A stretch of 63,227 nucleotides of DNA, filler included, from Licmophora abbreviata (taxonomy: Eukaryota), in the NCBI GenBank assembly GCA_900291995.1. It is 10 parts of 10 records of this genome, joined end to end, with 100 filler letters (N's around TTAATTAATTAA, not from the genome) between each part and the next. Parts side by side here need not be neighbours in the genome. Positions count along the whole stretch, not along the records: positions 58,709 to 63,227 come from OLMU01002507.1; 9 more parts are not named here. The stretch is one strand, 5' to 3'. The position numbers and the translations under genes are program-made. Shown here one piece after another: positions 61,263 to 63,227 of the stretch. Each line of letters begins with the position of its first letter. The first letter of the stretch is position 1. The notes under the pieces are model-generated. The model was not told the DNA's origin, made no database searches, and saw nothing but the letters and a program-made list of their open reading frames with translations.

Positions 61263-63227
61263 ATGGGCTGGCTGGCTTTTTGTTACCGGATTGTACGAGA
61301 TCGTACATACATCATTTGCAGTACGAAAATACGTACGATTCATTTGAACAATAGGCACCGGGAATTAGACGTTGGCTCACATCATTTTTCAGCGAAGCGC
61401 GCAAGAACAAAAAGCCATCACCGTCATCATCATCGTCGGTCGACCATGGCGACGACGCCGACGACGAGGAACCAGTCTTCGACAATGAAGCCCCGACGGA
61501 CACGACATCATCCTTCGATGAAACACGAGAAGACGCAGCAGCGGGAGAGCGAAGTGGAATTCGAGTCTGTTTTGCGGATCCGGCCATTGCAGAAGAAAGA
61601 GAAAGACGATCATGTCGTCTTGGAGTCGGCTACGAGCAACAAGAAGAGCAGTAGCGCAATTGGGAACTCTTCTATCGCTGTTCTTCACCCAATGATGCAT
61701 TCTATGATGTCTCCAGATACCAGTTCGGTGAGACGCAGTTTCAGTCCCAATTTCCTTCAGAACGGCGAGGAGCAAACCTTTCACTTTGACAAGATATACG
61801 ACCCCAGCGCCACTCAGGACACACTTCATTACGCGCTTGGACTTTCCATGGCATCTCACGCCATGGATCCTTTGAAGAAGGGAAATAGCAGTGGCACCCA
61901 GCAGGTCAAGAATCATCTCGTGCTCTCCATGGGCGTTGCTGGAGGGGGCAAGTCCTACACCGTCTTTGGACCCACCAAGTCGCTCGGCCGCGCAGGAAAG
62001 CACACTGACGATGGACTTGTACCGCGTATTCTCGAAAGCCTCTTCGCGCAGTCGAAACATCATGTGAGCTCCAAGTCTTCATTTGCCATTCGCATGATCG
62101 TACTCCATGTCGAAGGTGACAAAGTATTCGACTTGCTCGCCGACACGGAAACGAACGGGACGCCGTCGGACGCTGGAAAGAAGAGGTCGGGAGCTGTCAA
62201 GGCCATGGTGGCTACCTTTGAACACGGCAGATCGGACTTGAAGGATGATGTTGCTATCGATCAGGATCCTCAAACACATGACTATCATGCGGACGCCTGT
62301 GCCAAGACGTGCTGGAATGCAACTGAGGCTCGGGAGTCGCTCCACGGAGCCCTCGGTCGAGCTCAGACGACAACGTCCCGGTTTGCAGGCTTCGGCAAAG
62401 CGCCGGTCCGGGGACATACGCTCGTGACGGTTCAGCCTGTACTCATTCAAGGACGCCGGCGCAATTCCAGCGCAATCGATTTGTGTGGTGGTACCATTGC
62501 GGTGCTTGACATGGCAGGAATCGAACGGACCAAGAAAGGACGCGGCGGAGGAGCATCCAAGCACGACAGCGTTGCGATCAATTCGTCGAATGCTGCGGTG
62601 ATGCATGTGTTGCGCACTTTAAAACACAACAATGACGTTCGTGCCGGAAAGGAGCCTCTCGATGTGTTTCGTGGCAGCGACGACGACAACTCATCCGATG
62701 GAAGTGACCTCTCGAACGTATCCGAACACAAAGTGTCACAGCAATCCAGTCTCAAATTTGTTCCGTATCGTCAGAGCAAGGTGACGATGTTGATGCAGCC
62801 ACTTTTCTCAAACACTGGAGAATGGAATAGCTTCGTCACTATGGGGAAAACAGTGGTGACGACAATTCTTGCGGCATATCCTGGGCATCGTGACTATGCC
62901 GAGAAGCAAAGTCTTCTGAACGACATTGAAATGCTCTTTGGAGTCGATACAGCGCAATCCACTTCTCATCGAGTTCATACGGGAGTGACGACCAGAGAAG
63001 ACCACAAAGCCTCCAAGACGAAGCTTCGTGCTCACAACAAGACCCCATCTCCATTCACCTCTTCCGCACCGGACGACAGCTACGATCTCGACTGCGCGCC
63101 AATCGATGTAAACGCCGGTATGCCGCTATCTCCCATTCCTCCCCCGTTCAATCCCCATGCTCCCAGTACACCCGCTGCAAGTGCACCGCTCGCGGACGAT
63201 CTCGATATGGAGGCAAGTCGAGACGTC
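61263..63227 (+). CDS. Divergent kinesin motor protein (runs off window; probable intron 61293-61354; frameshift at ~61572)
   Basis: Hand translation gives IRVCLRIRP (after removing one T), [44 protein letters not shown]. Confidence 0.85.
   Translation, partial: MGWLAFCYRIVRDRTYIICSTKIRTIHLNNRHRELDVGSHHFSAKRARTKSHHRHHHRRSTMATTPTTRNQSSTMKPRRTRHHPSMKHEKTQQRESEVEFESVLRIRPLQKKEKDDHVVLESATSNKKSSSAIGNSSIAVLHPMMHSMMSPDTSSVRRSFSPNFLQNGEEQTFHFDKIYDPSATQDTLHYALGLSMASHAMDPLKKGNSSGTQQVKNHLVLSMGVAGGGKSYTVFGPTKSLGRAGKHTDDGLVPRILESLFAQSKHHVSSKSSFAIRMIVLHVEGDKVFDLLADTETNGTPSDAGKKRSGAVKAMVATFEHGRSDLKDDVAIDQDPQTHDYHADACAKTCWNATEARESLHGALGRAQTTTSRFAGFGKAPVRGHTLVTVQPVLIQGRRRNSSAIDLCGGTIAVLDMAGIERTKKGRGGGASKHDSVAINSSNAAVMHVLRTLKHNNDVRAGKEPLDVFRGSDDDNSSDGSDLSNVSEHKVSQQSSLKFVPYRQSKVTMLMQPLFSNTGEWNSFVTMGKTVVTTILAAYPGHRDYAEKQSLLNDIEMLFGVDTAQSTSHRVHTGVTTREDHKASKTKLRAHNKTPSPFTSSAPDDSYDLDCAPIDVNAGMPLSPIPPPFNPHAPSTPAASAPLADDLDMEASRDV

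Noticed and set aside
61389..63054. Several minus-strand ORFs of 70-224 aa
   Set aside because: Shadow ORFs of the plus-strand kinesin.

Overview
Gene-dense eukaryotic nuclear scaffold, most likely a diatom or related ochrophyte. Evidence for this: short GT-AG introns, compact intergenic spacers, and several bipartite signal peptide + 'SAF/HAF/RSF' plastid presequences. The window is about 10 contigs joined by nine artificial 100-nt linkers (N44-TTAATTAATTAA-N44). About 33 protein genes can be read. They include a GH5 mannanase, PTOX, a gamma-SNAP-like protein, ARM and ankyrin proteins, an AlgH/YqgE-like protein, an SGNH-like protein, TMEM144, a PPR protein, XRN2, a TUTase-like enzyme, a carnitine acyltransferase, two GT92-like paralogs, two prolyl-4-hydroxylase-like paralogs, an adenylate cyclase, an ABCB half transporter, a CRAL-TRIO protein, PPWD1, PET117, an E2F-like protein, a cNMP-binding/PKG-like protein, a cyclophilin and a kinesin that the ORF track misses. 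The most unusual element is a ~1215-aa secretory/ER protein (51700-55752, minus) made of three tandem ~380-400-aa copies of a domain I cannot assign to a eukaryotic family. Each copy has an intron at the same position, and only copy 1 keeps a candidate metal-binding motif. Many genes carry single-base frameshifts, probably assembly errors. I found no rRNA, tRNA, CRISPR array or transposon. All family calls come from recognising motifs by eye; no searches were run.
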